64,000 bases of DNA from the human T2T-CHM13v2.0 reference genome, Homo sapiens: the NCBI RefSeq assembly GCF_009914755.1, contig NC_060927.1; one strand, given 5' to 3'. The notes beneath the pieces are model-generated. The model saw nothing but the letters and a program-made list of their open reading frames with translations, was not told where the DNA came from and did not search any database. The translations under genes were made by a program, and so were the position numbers. Below are positions 30,052-43,030 of the stretch, one piece after another; positions within the stretch are counted from its first letter, which is position 1, and each line of letters opens with the position of its first letter.

Positions 30052-32999
30052 ACACACTTTCTTCCAAAACTCTCCACACTGAGCTGTACTACATCTAGGG
30101 CAGGAGATCTGTACTCACTGACAGTAACCCACCATCCTCCCACTTGCTTCAGGCCCAGAGGCTCTGAAACACTTTGGAGATGCCCTCTCCTTTGCAGAGA
30201 AAATGAGCCACAAGAGATGGATGCATTCTAATTCTTATTTGTTGCCTTTAAGTTTTATTATACTTATCTCGAAATAGGCTTATAATGTACTCTGAAGATC
30301 CCAGGGAGGCTCATCTTCCGTGTGAAACAAACAGAATAAGAAACTACTGTGGACTTTTATTAGCAGATGGCTCCTTAATTCCTAGGTGTACTCTTAGTAA
30401 TCTGATTTTGGTGATCCAAATATCACCATTTTTTTTCCTGCTTATTTTCTTCAAACTTTTTTTTTCAGAATTGGGTTCCTAAAAATGAGTATTTTGTGAA
30501 TCAATAATTAGTTTTGGTGAACTTGGATATAATCCTTCCAGAAATGACTAGTTTTCTGTTTTATTTGTTTTTGTTTTCTGCTGCTGTTGTTGTCTGTTTT
30601 TTGTTTGTTTGTTTTCTTTTGTTTTGGGTGATGAAAGCTTAAACATACTCACACATTTTGTTTTATGTTTTTAGGTTGTCTGACTTGTTTGCCCAACTGT
30701 ACTGATAAATATTTGAGAAGCATTTGTAACAACTAAGTAGGTAAACATAAAATACTCAAACAAAACAGCAAGTTGCTATACACCAGATGGACAAATGATA
30801 ATGCAGTGAAGAAGAAAAATGAAATAAAGACCATTATAAAAATGAGGGAAACTGTTTCAAGTAACACTCAGACTGGCAGCTGTTCTCTTTCCACCAAGAA
30901 GCCCAGGTTGTCTAACACATGGCTCTGAGATGAAGGCATTTCAGGAACACAGGTGTAAGGGCTGAATTGGAGGAGAGTGATGCTCCCAGGATTTGCAGGA
31001 TTTTATTCCTAATAATAAATAGAACAAGAAAATTTACAGAATGAGTGAGAATTTCCTGCAATGACCGCATTAGCCCTTAGAATCCAAGAGTCCATTTTTC
31101 TTGCCAGCATTAATCATGATGAGACTGACAGCACAGGATGCAGGAGCAAGACAGGAGTCTTGCAGAGACAGAAGAGGCATGCAGAGACAGACAGACAGAG
31201 AGAGCTGTGATAGGGAGGGTGGATGGGTAACACTGGAGTACTCAGTAATCCGTCATTGATATATACAACTGATGTGAATGTATATATGTTCAGATTGATG
31301 CTTTAGGAAACTGCTGCTTATTTATTTTCAGGCTGTGCTTCCAAGCCTTCTTGACTTTTTAGTAAGCATTTCTGCACCATAAGGGCCCTTCCTAAGGTTG
31401 CTGAAGAGAAGCAACTGATGGAAGGTAGGGTGAAGGGATGTGATTAACTATGGAATTAAAATCTAAATACAAATCAGAATACAAACATTGGGTATGGAAT
31501 CTTCTCACAGCAACAGACCGAATCAAGCTGGTGTTTGTTTGCATGAACAGTTTTATTCAGAACCCAGAGTATAACAGTCCAACAGCCAAAAGTCTCCCTG
31601 ACCATCCATCCTCTCCCTCTCCCTCCCTCTTCCCTGTTTCCTTCCCTTCTTCCCCAGATGTGCTTCTCATTCATGAAATTCTTATAAACACAGGTGCTGG
31701 GCTAGTTGGGGTGGGCACCAAATGTGAATTCCCCATAGATCCTGGGCTCCCAAGGTTCCCATCTGCAGACAGCCAACTCTGTGCAGATGCTCTCCCAGAG
31801 CAGGGAGCAGTGGGCTCTGGGCCCAAAAGAGACATAATTACCCTGCCTATGAAGGAGAGGGGAGGATTCCAAGGCAGCTTCAGAGAGGAGAAATTATACG
31901 TTCAGTCCAAAGCCGTTTGATTCAAAAGGTAAATCAGTTACCTGAGGTAACCTAATGCAAAGCGCTCCTGGAAAGATACCTCCCACTTCTCAGATGTCAG
32001 GTGATCCTATTTCAGATTTATCAAAGCAGCAGGGATTAGCAGAGCCATACACCCTTCAGTTCTGCTCCCTCCTCCTCTCCGCTGCTTTGTTTGTCTAAAT
32101 AGTTGTTTTAGTGAGTGAGAAGAAAGAATGGGAGGTAATTAGTGTTTCTTGTAATGTTCTGTGTTTAGTTTTGTAATCCTTCTGTCAGGTTTATTTTCAT
32201 GTTAAGCAAAGGAATTCCCACTGGAATATTATAATCTCTTCTTAGTGTTAGTAGAAAGCCATAGTATTTAAATTAATAAGGAATTTTTCAAGAAAACTAA
32301 GGCTTTCCTTGAGAGTGTCAGTTTAAAGAGCATGTCATTCTTCAGAGTTTGCCTGTCTCCATAGTGTTTAAGGCTAGAGATAAGAACCTTTCTAAGAAGC
32401 TGGGTAGGTGTTTTAGGTTTGAATTGTATGATCCGCTGAAAGTGACATCTGTGCCATGGCATTCTGCACCCACAGAGCCTTACACTTTCGTCCCCTACAG
32501 CCTGCAGCATCTGCCCCAGTTTGGGCTGATCATGATCCCCTGGGCCAGTGCAGTAGCCTCTTGACTTGACTTTCACTTCTTGTCCTGCCCTTTGCTACCA
32601 GACCAACTGACCCTTCATTTGCTTTGAGACCCTCAAATCCCTCTACCCTGCCCCAATGACCAGGTCCTAATCCAGCTTTTCCCTGACCCCTAATCTTCTC
32701 TTTCACACACGGATTTCAGACAAAGTATTGCTTTTTCTCTTATCCGTCTTACACTTGTCTACCCCCATGCCTGTCCCTCTGTCCTCTCCATCCCTGGCAG
32801 GCCAGGTCTGGCCCATCTTTCAATCAGAGGCTGCCTCCTTCAGGAATTTTCCTCCACTCCTCCAGCTGGAAGTGCTCTCTTCCACCTCGTGTTCCATAGA
32901 TTCCATCTCTCTCTGTCTGTGGCACTGACCAATTTTCTCCTTGTTTTATGCATTTTTTCATTCCTTAAATAATGTGTCAATAATTTACCTTTTCACCTT

Positions 33000-33300
33000 T
33001 TGAGAAACTGGAACACTACATATAAAACTTAAGACCCCTTCATCTCCACCCTCAAGCTCTTCTCTGCTCTCCAGACAGAGATAACCACTCTGATGAGTTT
33101 GCTGTGTTTTTTTCTGGGTTTAGATCTATGTCTATATACACATATAATTACATATAAACATATACAATTCTGCAACTTGCCTTTAACACAGCATTTTTTT
33201 TAATCTATGTTGATACATGTAGATTTAGAGGTTTGCTTTTCATTATTCTGTGGAATTCCATTATATGACAACACTTCACATTTTATTTAGCCAGACCTTT
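33000..33300 (-). mobile_element. L1ME 3' fragment
   Basis: ataaccactctgatgagttt.., ttctgcaacttgc.., ggaattccattatatga. Confidence 0.55.
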
Positions 33301-33959
33301 ACTTGTCAAAATTCTATTTCCTCTACCTGGAAGATTTTCCTGCTAGCTGGCCCAGCTAATGAACATCCAGGTGTTGCCTCCACTATAAGTCTTTTCTGAC
33401 TCCCACCCTGGACTGAGTATTTCTGCCCTCCTTTGTCACCACCCCTTCAGCTCATAGTTCTGGGGAGACTGGCATCCAGATTCGTTCCCACTGTCATGTC
33501 AAGCAGCTTCTCCTTCCTCACAAGCCCTGGCATCCAATGGCCAAGGCCCTGCAGGCCCAGCTTTCACCCTGCACACTATCAATCAATGTATTTGCCTAGA
33601 AAGAACAGCTCTCTCGCTCTCTCTCTCTCTCACTCACTCTCCAAGGAACCCAGGTGCTGACTTTTAAAACAATACATTCGGCAGTTGATACACACTTCTG
33701 GATTTTCATGTGAGCTCCTTCAGGGTGCCCATTCATTACTGTGTCTCAGGAACCTGGCAGAGCTTGATACATGGTAGATCCTCAATAAATATATTCTGGA
33801 TCCATGTGTCTTATTTTTCATATGTGATTTCAATTTCCTTGAGGTCAACATTTGTATCTGATTCATCTGCCACCCTCTCAAAGATCTTGCAAGGGGCTTT
33901 ATCTACATGTGCTAAATTAATAGTAAATGAATCACAAAACAAGTCAGTCTGGCCATTTC

Positions 33960-34095
33960 AGACAAAGAACCACTGCCTTCAGAGAAATGAACGGGAAATG
34001 AACTGGAAAAATAGCAGTCAGTCTTTGGTATAACCAAGCAAAAAATAATAATAATACTTGCAGAAGAGGAGACAGGAACAAGATCAATGCTGAGC
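33960..34095 (+). repeat. Direct duplication unit A, copy 1
   Basis: ~88% identical to 35982-36119 by manual alignment. Confidence 0.95.
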
Positions 34096-34539
34096 TACCA
34101 CCCTGTGGTGATGGAAAGGATGCTGCCAGCAGGCTGTGCCTGCCCTGGGCTCCAGATCAGCACCAGATTCTAAACCTGGGCCTCAGCATCTGTCAGTGCT
34201 GGGTCCTTCTCCCTGAGTGGGGCCAGGAGCTCAAGGCAGCAATGAGATTTACAAAGACAATTTGAAAGATAGTGCCTGGCCTGAGTTTCTGCTGGTCTGT
34301 TCTGTGTCAATATAGGAGTCTTGCGGTGTCTGTGAGGAGTTTCTGAAGCCCTTCTCTTGGCACTATCTTGGCCTTAGCCCTGCCCTGACTTCCCCAGAGA
34401 ACTTCTCCTAAATCTCAGTGAGGCAAGCACTGGCATTCAGGAGAGCTTCCTGAGAAGGGTCTGTTTGCTCTTTAGGAGCCTTTTTCTACCAGGATCTCAT
34501 GTACCAAGGTCTCCAGGGCTGTCCAGACCCAAACCTTTG

Positions 34540-35075
34540 CTCACAGAACCCAGAATGTATCCCCCTGTTTAATACCTTCAGTGACTCCCCATTATCCCTG
34601 GGATAAAGTTCTAACTCAAGCTGTTGTTGAGATGGTTTCTGCCTTATCTTTCCTCCTGGTTGTCTACAGTTCATCCACTCCAGATTCACAAAACTACATG
34701 GATGCATTATGTTCTCTCTTGATTCAGACCCTTTGCACATGTAGTTCCTTCTACCTGGTACACTTTTCCCCCCTTCTTCCCATGACTTCCTGCATCTCTT
34801 CTCTGGTCTCAGCCTCCCTAGAACACTCCCTCCCTCCCCACCTCATCCTCATGCCTGGCAATATGAGATCATCTTAAGATATGATGATCCCATACACCCC
34901 ATACATCTCCATTGTAACCCAACGAGCGTTATTGCTAATTTAATTGTGCACCCTACAATCTCTGAGGGCAGGAACCATATTTGTCTGGATCACTTTATTA
35001 TCCCAAGTGCCCAGCACAATGCCTTAAATGCAGTAAGTACTCACTAAAGAGTCAATGAGGAAACAAATGAAAGAA
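34540..35075 (+). mobile_element. L2 LINE 3' portion
   Basis: cctttgcacatg.agttcc.., ctctgagggcaggaacc.., gtgcccagcacaatgcc..agtaagtactca. Confidence 0.75.
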
Positions 35076-35981
35076 TACCTTCTCCTGCCCTATGCCCCTG
35101 ATCCTACAGTGCCTTCAGGGCCAAGTTTTTCCTCAATTCTTTTGTTGAATAGGAATCCCTGGGGTGCTCTGATTTAGAGTCTTTTCCTTGAGGGTTGTAC
35201 TATGTTTTAAGAAAATGACTATTCCCAGCTGCATAGGTTAGGTACATAAAATTTGCATATTGCAATAAATATTTGGCCTCATGAATTTCTAGCCTGTTAA
35301 ATAACAAAACTTAAAATGGTAGGTAAGCATGTAAAAGAAGATAGCATCGTAAATACCAGAAAATTATAGGTTGGTGATTTTTTTTCCTTTGATCTTGTAA
35401 CTTTTCACCACATGAAAGAGTGGTTGATTCAGAGAGAGTGTTAGATAGAGTTTTTCTTTGACTTCTTTCTTGCTGATCCATTCAGGACAAGGAGTCAAGC
35501 GTCTGCTGTGGTAGACACGAACTAGATGGCTGCTCTGTTCACAACAGATCTCCCTTCTCCAGGAATGTCCCCAGACAAAGGAGTGATCATCAGAAACTAC
35601 ACCTGTGCTATATGATAGGGATTGGTGAAGAATAGACTTCTGACTCAAGCAAAGCCAATTGGTCTTTCTTCTGAAATTTGAAATTTAAAACAGTTTTATA
35701 TTCCCAGAGCCTGGAGTATTGGAGTAGAGTTAACATAACAGTGATCCCTACAGACACGGCTCACAGATCCCACTGGTAAGGTCTCCTGAAATATTTGCCC
35801 TGGCTCTTGCCCTTCCTGAAGTCTGAGTTCACTCTTTCCTCACTCCTGTAAGCCATCCCAGGATCTTTTCAATACATTATCTTTTGGGATACACTAATAT
35901 ACCCACAAACTCATGTACCTATTCCAGGATAAAGTTAGGATTTCATTGCTCAAATATTCTCTCACCTTGTGAAGAAAGGTG

Positions 35982-36119
35982 AGACAAAGTATCACTGCCT
36001 TCAGCGAAATGAGTGGGAAGTTAACTGGAAAAATAGCAGTCACTCTTTGGTATAACCAAGCAAAAAAAATAATAATAATAATTGCAGGAGAGGAGACAGG
36101 AGCAAGACCAGTGTTAAGC
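35982..36119 (+). repeat. Direct duplication unit A, copy 2
   Basis: See 33960-34095. Confidence 0.95.
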
Positions 36120-37034
36120 CGACCAGTGTTGAGTCTCAGCCTGACCTACAGACTTGGGTTGCTGCTGGACTGGTCAGTGGCTACCTCTCATGCAGGACTT
36201 CCTGGTACCTGGGAAAGACCAGGAAGTAGTAGGGGCTTCAGCTATCCAGAGCTTAAGGGGAAGGCTTGTTCTACCAGAGAAAGAACATTTGATTTGCCTT
36301 TCTGACAATTATTTGGTTCTAAAAGTAGAGGAAACAATGAATACAATTGCTATGTTGAGTTTGCTAATCAGCACGAGAGAGACAAATCACCAGTGGTGAG
36401 AAAGTAGCCCATCACGTCAACCACATGAACTAAAGTGATGCCCTAGACTTTAAGAAATTAAACATCTGAATGTTCTGAGGAAAGATAGTCAAGACTATAG
36501 AGCCATGCCTTGAAAGGAAATATGGCTCAAGAGGCTTTAAAAATAAAATTCTAACTATAAAATCACAAATGACTCCAAAGTGAAAGAAAAAGAACAGATA
36601 ACTAGAGAAGCAGCATGGTTTCAGAGGGAACTACCTGATAAGCCTAGATTTTAAATATGAAAGAACATGGTTCCCACCTTCAAGGACATCACAATCTGGT
36701 GGAGAAGATAAAACTCTTAACCTCATAATTCAAACCCAAAGGAGAAAGTGCTAAGAAACCCTGGAAGAGAGACAAGCCACAGGCTACTGGGAGTGGCCAC
36801 CAGCCACTTCTAGCTAGTGGGGGATAATATATTGTCCTGGCCACCATTTGTTTCATATTGACTAGGTCGGGCTCCTTATTACATTGTACAACAGGAAAGG
36901 CCTTTGTCTTCTTTATTCTTACATGTCTTTGGGTACTTAGTAATTGCTCAGTAAATAACCTAGTACCTGAGTAGCTGACCCATCACACTCTCATCCCAGT
37001 GAAGATTGCTAGCATCGGTAGAACCTTAAGGAAC

Positions 37035-37260
37035 TACCATTTATTTATTGCTTACAACTGCAAGATACCTTGTGGACATTACTTCATTCCATTTATACTA
37101 TGTCTACCCTTATACTATATCTATGGGTAAATTGTGTTCTTCCCATTTTACAGATGAGAGAACTGTCCTTTGGAAGGGATAAGATGACCTGCCCAAGACC
37201 ACACAGCTAATAAGGCATGAAATCAGGATTCAAAGTCAGATATGGAAGTCTTTCCATTCT
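37035..37260 (-). mobile_element. MIR SINE
   Basis: cccattttacagatgagagaactg...gacctgcccaagaccacacagcta. Confidence 0.85.
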
Positions 37261-37431
37261 TTCTGCTCTCTGCCTCTTGAAAGAAGTTGAAGAATACAAG
37301 TGCAACCCCTCATTTTACATACAGCCAGGAAAATGCGGTTGCCTCATATTGGCTGATTCAAGAGGGTCCTCAGTCCACCAGAGGAACAGAGGGAGAGCCC
37401 AGTGCTGGAACTGCAGCTGACTCCTCTGTGC

Positions 37432-37550
37432 CTCCAGGAGAAGCCCTGGGACACGTCAATTTGAGTCACAGGCAGCTCAAGCTGCACATGCTGAGCAGAG
37501 TGGTACCTGGGAATGTGTCCCTCTGTGCCTCCACTTAGGCGAGGCTTTCT
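37432..37550 (+). repeat. Direct duplication unit B, copy 1 (CpG-decayed)
   Basis: 112/119 identical to 39164-39282. Confidence 0.97.
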
Positions 37551-37649
37551 AGAAGAAGACCAATGTAAAACTCTAAGTAGGAAGTAGGTTTTACGTTCTT
37601 CCAACCTGGGATTATGGCAAATAGCGAGGTACTAACACATTTCTTACAG

Positions 37650-38205
37650 TGTTCATAGGAAAGCATTACTCAAAAGCTTTCTTGTCAACTTGAAAGGATA
37701 TTCTTCCCAAAAGATAGAAAACATAAAAACTCAAAATAAAAAGATTGCAAAATCATCAAATTGCTCCATCAACTGATGAATAGTTAAACAAAATGGAGTT
37801 GGAGATTCCATTCCAGACAATGGAATACTATCCCATCATAAAAAGGAATAAAATACTGATTCATGTTACAGTATGGATAAACCTTGAAAACATTATGCTA
37901 AGGAAAAGAAGCCATACACAAAGGTCACATATTCTATGATTCCATTTCTATGAAGTGTCCAGAATTGCAAATGCCAGCCTTGGGTGGCTAGTGTTTGTCT
38001 TGGGTTGGGAAACAGGGAGAGATGGGTCATAGCTAAAGAGCAGAGGGTTTCTTTTTGGGGTGATAAAAAAAAGTTCCAAAATGTATTGTAGTGATGGCTG
38101 AAAAATTCTATAAATATACTAAAAACCATTGAATAGTACACTTTGTACACTTTAAGTGGGTGAATTATATGGTATGTTAATTATATGTCAATAAAGCTGT
38201 TACCA
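37650..38205 (+). mobile_element. L1MB 3' end
   Basis: aatggaatacta..ataaaaaggaat..ccttgaaaacattatgcta..tatgattccattt..caataaagctgtt. Confidence 0.85.
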
Positions 38206-38798
38206 AAAACCCTTTTAAATCATAGTCTTATTTCATTAACTGAATTTGTTTCCCTTGTTAGCTTTGCCTCTCAGACTGAGCTTTGACAGAAAAAACTTGA
38301 CAAAACACTGGGCCCTCCTTCTCAGTTCTTCAAGCCCAATTTCACGCAGGAAGTACTGCCTTTATTTTACGCTTATTAGTAATACAGAGAGTTTTCTGTC
38401 TTCACCTGGAAGGATGGGTAGCAAGGTGGACCGAATCATTTAGGGCATGCTAGGAGCCCTAATGAAAGGCCGGATTGCCACTAACTACTCAAGGGGGATT
38501 GAAAAAGCCCCTGTTTCAACCTCAGCTTGAACAGACCAGAAAGATGAAAAATTGGGAGATCAAATTTTCGATCCACAGGCCTTGAAAACACCAAGTTAAT
38601 CTCACCGCCATGGCATTCCTTGTTGCTCCTTTCTTTATTAAAGGAGACTTTCTTTCATGTGGTGTTAACTTTAAACACGACTAACAAAGTAATTGCCACT
38701 TCTGTATTTAATTTTTTTTGTCCTAGACTACAAAAGACAGCTGAGTTCTCCCTCACGTCATAAATCTTAGGCTTGTTATTGATGAATTACTCCAGCTC

Positions 38799-38843
38799 TG
38801 TGTGTGTATGTGTGTGTGTGCGTGTGTGTGTATGTATGTGTGT
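38799..38843. repeat. Imperfect (TG)n microsatellite
   Basis: TG run with interruptions. Confidence 0.9.
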
Positions 38844-38899
38844 TTAAATTTACTACAGCTTACGTCTCAGTAATTCTGTCAACTCCTGGAAGCACTCTG

Positions 38900-39520
38900 T
38901 GAGGTGGTCGCAGCAGTCAAAAGCCAAAGACTTCCCTGGTACTTGTTGGACAACAGCTTTCAAAGCAAGGAAGGAAGAGGTGGTCAGATCCAAGCAATGT
39001 GAATAATAAAGCTTTGAAGCTGGGAGGGCGGCACACAGAGGTGATGCATAATTCATCAGGCAAATTAATCAAGTCCCCTTTCCTATGCCCATTGCAATTA
39101 CTGGGAGCACGCACAGTCGTCATCTTTCTCTCCCTCCCTCCGCCCCTTCCCTGGCACTGGCAGCTCCGGGAGAAGCCCTGGGACACCTCAATTTGAGTCA
39201 CAGGCAGCTCAAGCTGCACATGCTGTGCGGAGCGGTACCTGGGAACGTGTCCCTCTGTGCCTCCGCTTAGGCGAGGCTTTCTCCGACCAGTGGGGAACCA
39301 GGAGAAGCACAAGTGGGGGTTTGGTGTGCAGCAGAGCAGAGAGTGGGGACAATTAGTTTTCTTCATGCTTGGCTGAGCCTTAGTGTAAGGACGGACCAGC
39401 TTAGAGGGTGAGACAGATCGCAGATAATAGAAGCTTCATTTCCAACTGACCCTCCAAGCGTTCTGCCAGTCCCAGGAGGAAGGAACAATGCCGACCACCT
39501 CAAGAAACGCCAGCGCTGAA
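38900..39520. promoter_or_regulatory. Candidate enhancer/promoter, including duplication unit B copy 2 (39164-39282)
   Basis: Non-TE, CpG retained; ATGCATAATTCAT (POU-type, 39044), GC box ccgcccc (39140), AP-1 TGAGTCA (39194). Confidence 0.45.
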
Positions 39521-39979
39521 TGCTGAGGCAAAGCCTGCAACAAAACAGGGAGGGAAAAACAAAAGCAATAGACAGGGCTTTGCCTTGAAATGGTCTCTAT
39601 TGTCCCCACCAAAAGAGAAAAGAAAATGAAAAAGGCTCCATTGAGGACAGAAAATGAAGTCCCATAATGAAACATATATTTCTCACACAAGCAAGAAGCA
39701 GACACACACACTCATACATACGGGCCATTGTGTGGGCAAATTCCTTCTGGACCAGGGATATGTATCTCTGAGAAAAATTTATTTTTGCTTCCAATAGAAG
39801 AGCTCTCACTACATGGCCTTCTAGCTGTGGTACGTGTCACCAAAAAGACTCCATGGTATGCGTGACTTGAGATGAATGCTAGGCACCAATGGAAGAAGCA
39901 GGCAAAGAAGATTTCACCTCAGAAGTAGGAAAAGAATCACTGCTATCATTTGCGCTTTTGATCTCCTCTTCTTTTATAT

Positions 39980-40445
39980 GTCATAAACCAACCCAAAACT
40001 TAATAGCTTAAAACAATATCCGTTGTATTATCTTTCATGGTGTTTGGGGTCAGAATTTTAGGCTCAGCTCTATTGGATCCATGTTGTATCAGCTGAGGTC
40101 ACCTGATGATACTCAGCTGGCATTTGGGCTGGTTTGGATGGTCCAAGATGTCTTTACTTATTTATCTTGTGCCTAGGAAGAGATGGCTGGAAGGCTGAGC
40201 TCAGCTGGGACTGTCGACTAGACCACTTGCTAGCCTCTCCAGCATGGCATCTCCGGGTTCCCAGAGAGAATGTTCTCATAAACAGGAAGTGGCACTGGCC
40301 ACTTTCTCTCTCTGGGTCTGGAAACTGGCATAGCATTACTTCCAACATTTTCTGTGGGTTGAAGCAGTCATAGAGCCTTCCAGGGGACACAGACCTCACC
40401 ACCTAATGGTGGAAGAGTTAAGAATATGCAGTCATATAAATCTAC
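39980..40445 (-). mobile_element. MLT1-type LTR
   Basis: cccaaaacttaatagcttaaaacaa...ctggaaactggcatagcattacttcc... Confidence 0.7.
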
Positions 40446-42549
40446 AATTATCTCAAAAAATTCATTTAAAATATATGAAGCAAATTATAATATTTAAAAA
40501 ATAATATGCAATTATCTTTAATCCATCACACATTTCTTCATTATGGGGAGCAGAAAGAGAAAATTAGGTTACAGATGGTCCAGTGTGGAATGTGGCATTT
40601 GGGAACATTAGAAGAAGCAAAGAGAATCACTCGTACATTTACTGCCTGACAACCAAAGTCACAAGTTTCTGGAAGGTTAGACTTGGATGAAGCTGAGGAG
40701 ACATGAGATACATGTGGGGAAGGAGTAGAGGTCTCCAAATCAATTTCCCAAATTCTGCAATTCAATTCCCAAATCTCCAATTCAAGTGGTTTTCTCCCTT
40801 TTCTGAACTTGCCATAAAAATCGTGGCAAATTTCTCCAGTGTTTCCTCCAAATGATCATCATTTTTGAATGGCTGCCAGCACAAAAGTATTTATTTCTTC
40901 AGTGAATGGATAAACAAATGAATCTAACTTGGCTTCTTGAGGGCAGAAATGTATCTTAAATATCTTTCTATTTATCAGGAGCTATGTAGTGCATGAGGAA
41001 TGCACAGGTCTGCCGTATGGTTTCTGTGTTTCTTTTTCTTCATTGGTTCTGACTCCTTCGTCCTGACATAATTTATTGGAAGAAATTTCACTGCAGGGTA
41101 GCTTGTCTTCTAAAGCCTCGTTTTGTCCACCCATTCTTTCTGGATGTTTTTCTTCCACTTCATGGGATAACTTTCTCTTCTTTAGGTTTAACACTTTGAG
41201 GAAGTAGTTGAATATTCCCTGTTTGCAAGACTTGGTTTCATGAGAATCTTGGAGGTTTCTAGTCCCCATTCAGTTGTGAGAGGCTGGGCAGGGACTCTGA
41301 TGACACAGCCACAGGGGAGGGCCTAACGCCAGAGCTGGGAAATTCACCCCTTTTGTTAGTGCTTTGCATCTGTCAAATGCCAATTCAGACTCCCACCAAC
41401 AGGCACATTTAAAAGGATACATGTTCAGGAAATTTGTTATCCATGCCATTTCAGTGAGAACCAATTCTATTAACTCCTCCGAAGCCCGTGCTTTATGACT
41501 GGGCTTTCAGAAGGGAGTCTTGAATAAACTTTTCAGTGATTTCACAACACTTCCATTATGGCTGTTCCATTATGAAGCAGATGAACATTTTCTTGAACAA
41601 TTAGACGGGGTTGTGTAGAATAAAGAGTGAGGTTTGCCTGAGATCACAGAAACCTATCTGCTTAGGGTGATTCATTTTCTTCCAACAAGGCAGCCAATAA
41701 TAAGCTTTTCTTCTGGAGCCTTGTCTTGCTTCCCATTTCAATTAGTGACAATCACTGGAGAATGGGAGGAATGTCTTCTTCATGTCCTTGTGCTGCAAAC
41801 AAGGCTGGCCAATGACAAACAATGAGGGAGGGAGGGTAAAGCAGAGTGGGGGCAGCAGAGGAACTGCAGGAAAACCAGCCTGCTTTCCCAGGAAGACTGC
41901 AGCACAGGCTGGAGTCTGGAGGAACCAGGTGGCAGAGCTAGGATGGAGAAGAAAGATTTTCGACTTGGATCTAAATGCAGCAGGGGACCAGGTCGCTGCA
42001 GAGAGAGTGGCAGGTGCAGCGTGATGCCGAGCATCACTGCCTCGCTCCATATCTGAGGCAGGTCCGATCCTCGGGCCTTGCCCCTGGTATTTGGGGCAGA
42101 GCAAACTGTCACACTTTCTATGAGACATTTGTACACGTATGTTTCTTGACATAGTTCTGCCGCGTTGCTGATTGGACATAGAGAGTTTCATTGTTTTCCT
42201 CCCACTAGGTGTGTCAACTGATGGCTCTTTTAGAGGCAATGTGAAGATGAGAGAAATCCAATATCAAATTCATTCATTCATTTATTCATTCTGAATAATG
42301 AATGAGGGCTTACTGGGCATATACCGCATACAGTGATTTGCAGGTGTCTCCACTTCAGGCACATGCACTAGAGAGGCAAGCTTTTCACTTTTTTGTGTCT
42401 GTTCCCTCCTCCATCACACTTCTCTTGTCCTCCCTCTCTACATGCAATTCTTATCTGGCAAATATTAAGAGCTCACTTCTCCATTCCAGACCCTGTTTAT
42501 GTTCCTGCAATACAAGAGTGACCAGATCACAGCCCCTGCATTAAATTCT

Positions 42550-43030
42550 AAGAGCTACTGTTACAAAGTACCACAAACTTGGTGGCTTAAAACAACAGAA
42601 ATTTATTCTCTCATAGTTCTGGAGGCCAGAAGTCCGAAATCAAGGTGTCAGCAGGGCCATGCTCTTGCCAAAGGCTCTGGGTGAAAAAGGTGAGGATCTT
42701 TCCTTGCCTCTTTCTGGCTTCTGGTGTTTGCCAGCAATCTTTGATGTTCCTTGACTTGTAGATGCATCACTCCAGTCTCTGCCTCTGTCATCACAGGGCA
42801 TTCTCCTTGTGTCTCTTCATATCATCTTCCCTCTGTGTATGTCACTTTCTGTCTCTTCTTTTCTTCTTTTAAAGACACCAGTCACATTGGATTAAGGGTC
42901 CACTCTAGTCCACTCTAAGGTGGTCTTACCTTAACTAATTACACCTGCAAAAATCCTATTTCCAAATAAGATTGCATTCTCAGGTTCCAGAAGGGAATGA
43001 ATCTTCAGAGACGCTATTCCACCCAGTACA
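42550..43030 (-). mobile_element. MLT1C/D solo LTR
   Basis: gtaccacaaacttggtggcttaaaacaacagaaatttattctctcatagttctggaggccagaagtcc...acccagtaca. Confidence 0.9.

Noticed and set aside
31450-31920. 156-aa ORF
   Set aside because: No recognisable domain, low-complexity Pro/Ser stretch from a CT-rich tract, no evident exon structure
37344-39366. Two minus-strand ORFs sharing a peptide (RKPRLSGGTEGH..), suggesting paralogous genes
   Set aside because: Explained by the 119-bp DNA duplication; differences follow CpG decay rather than codon position
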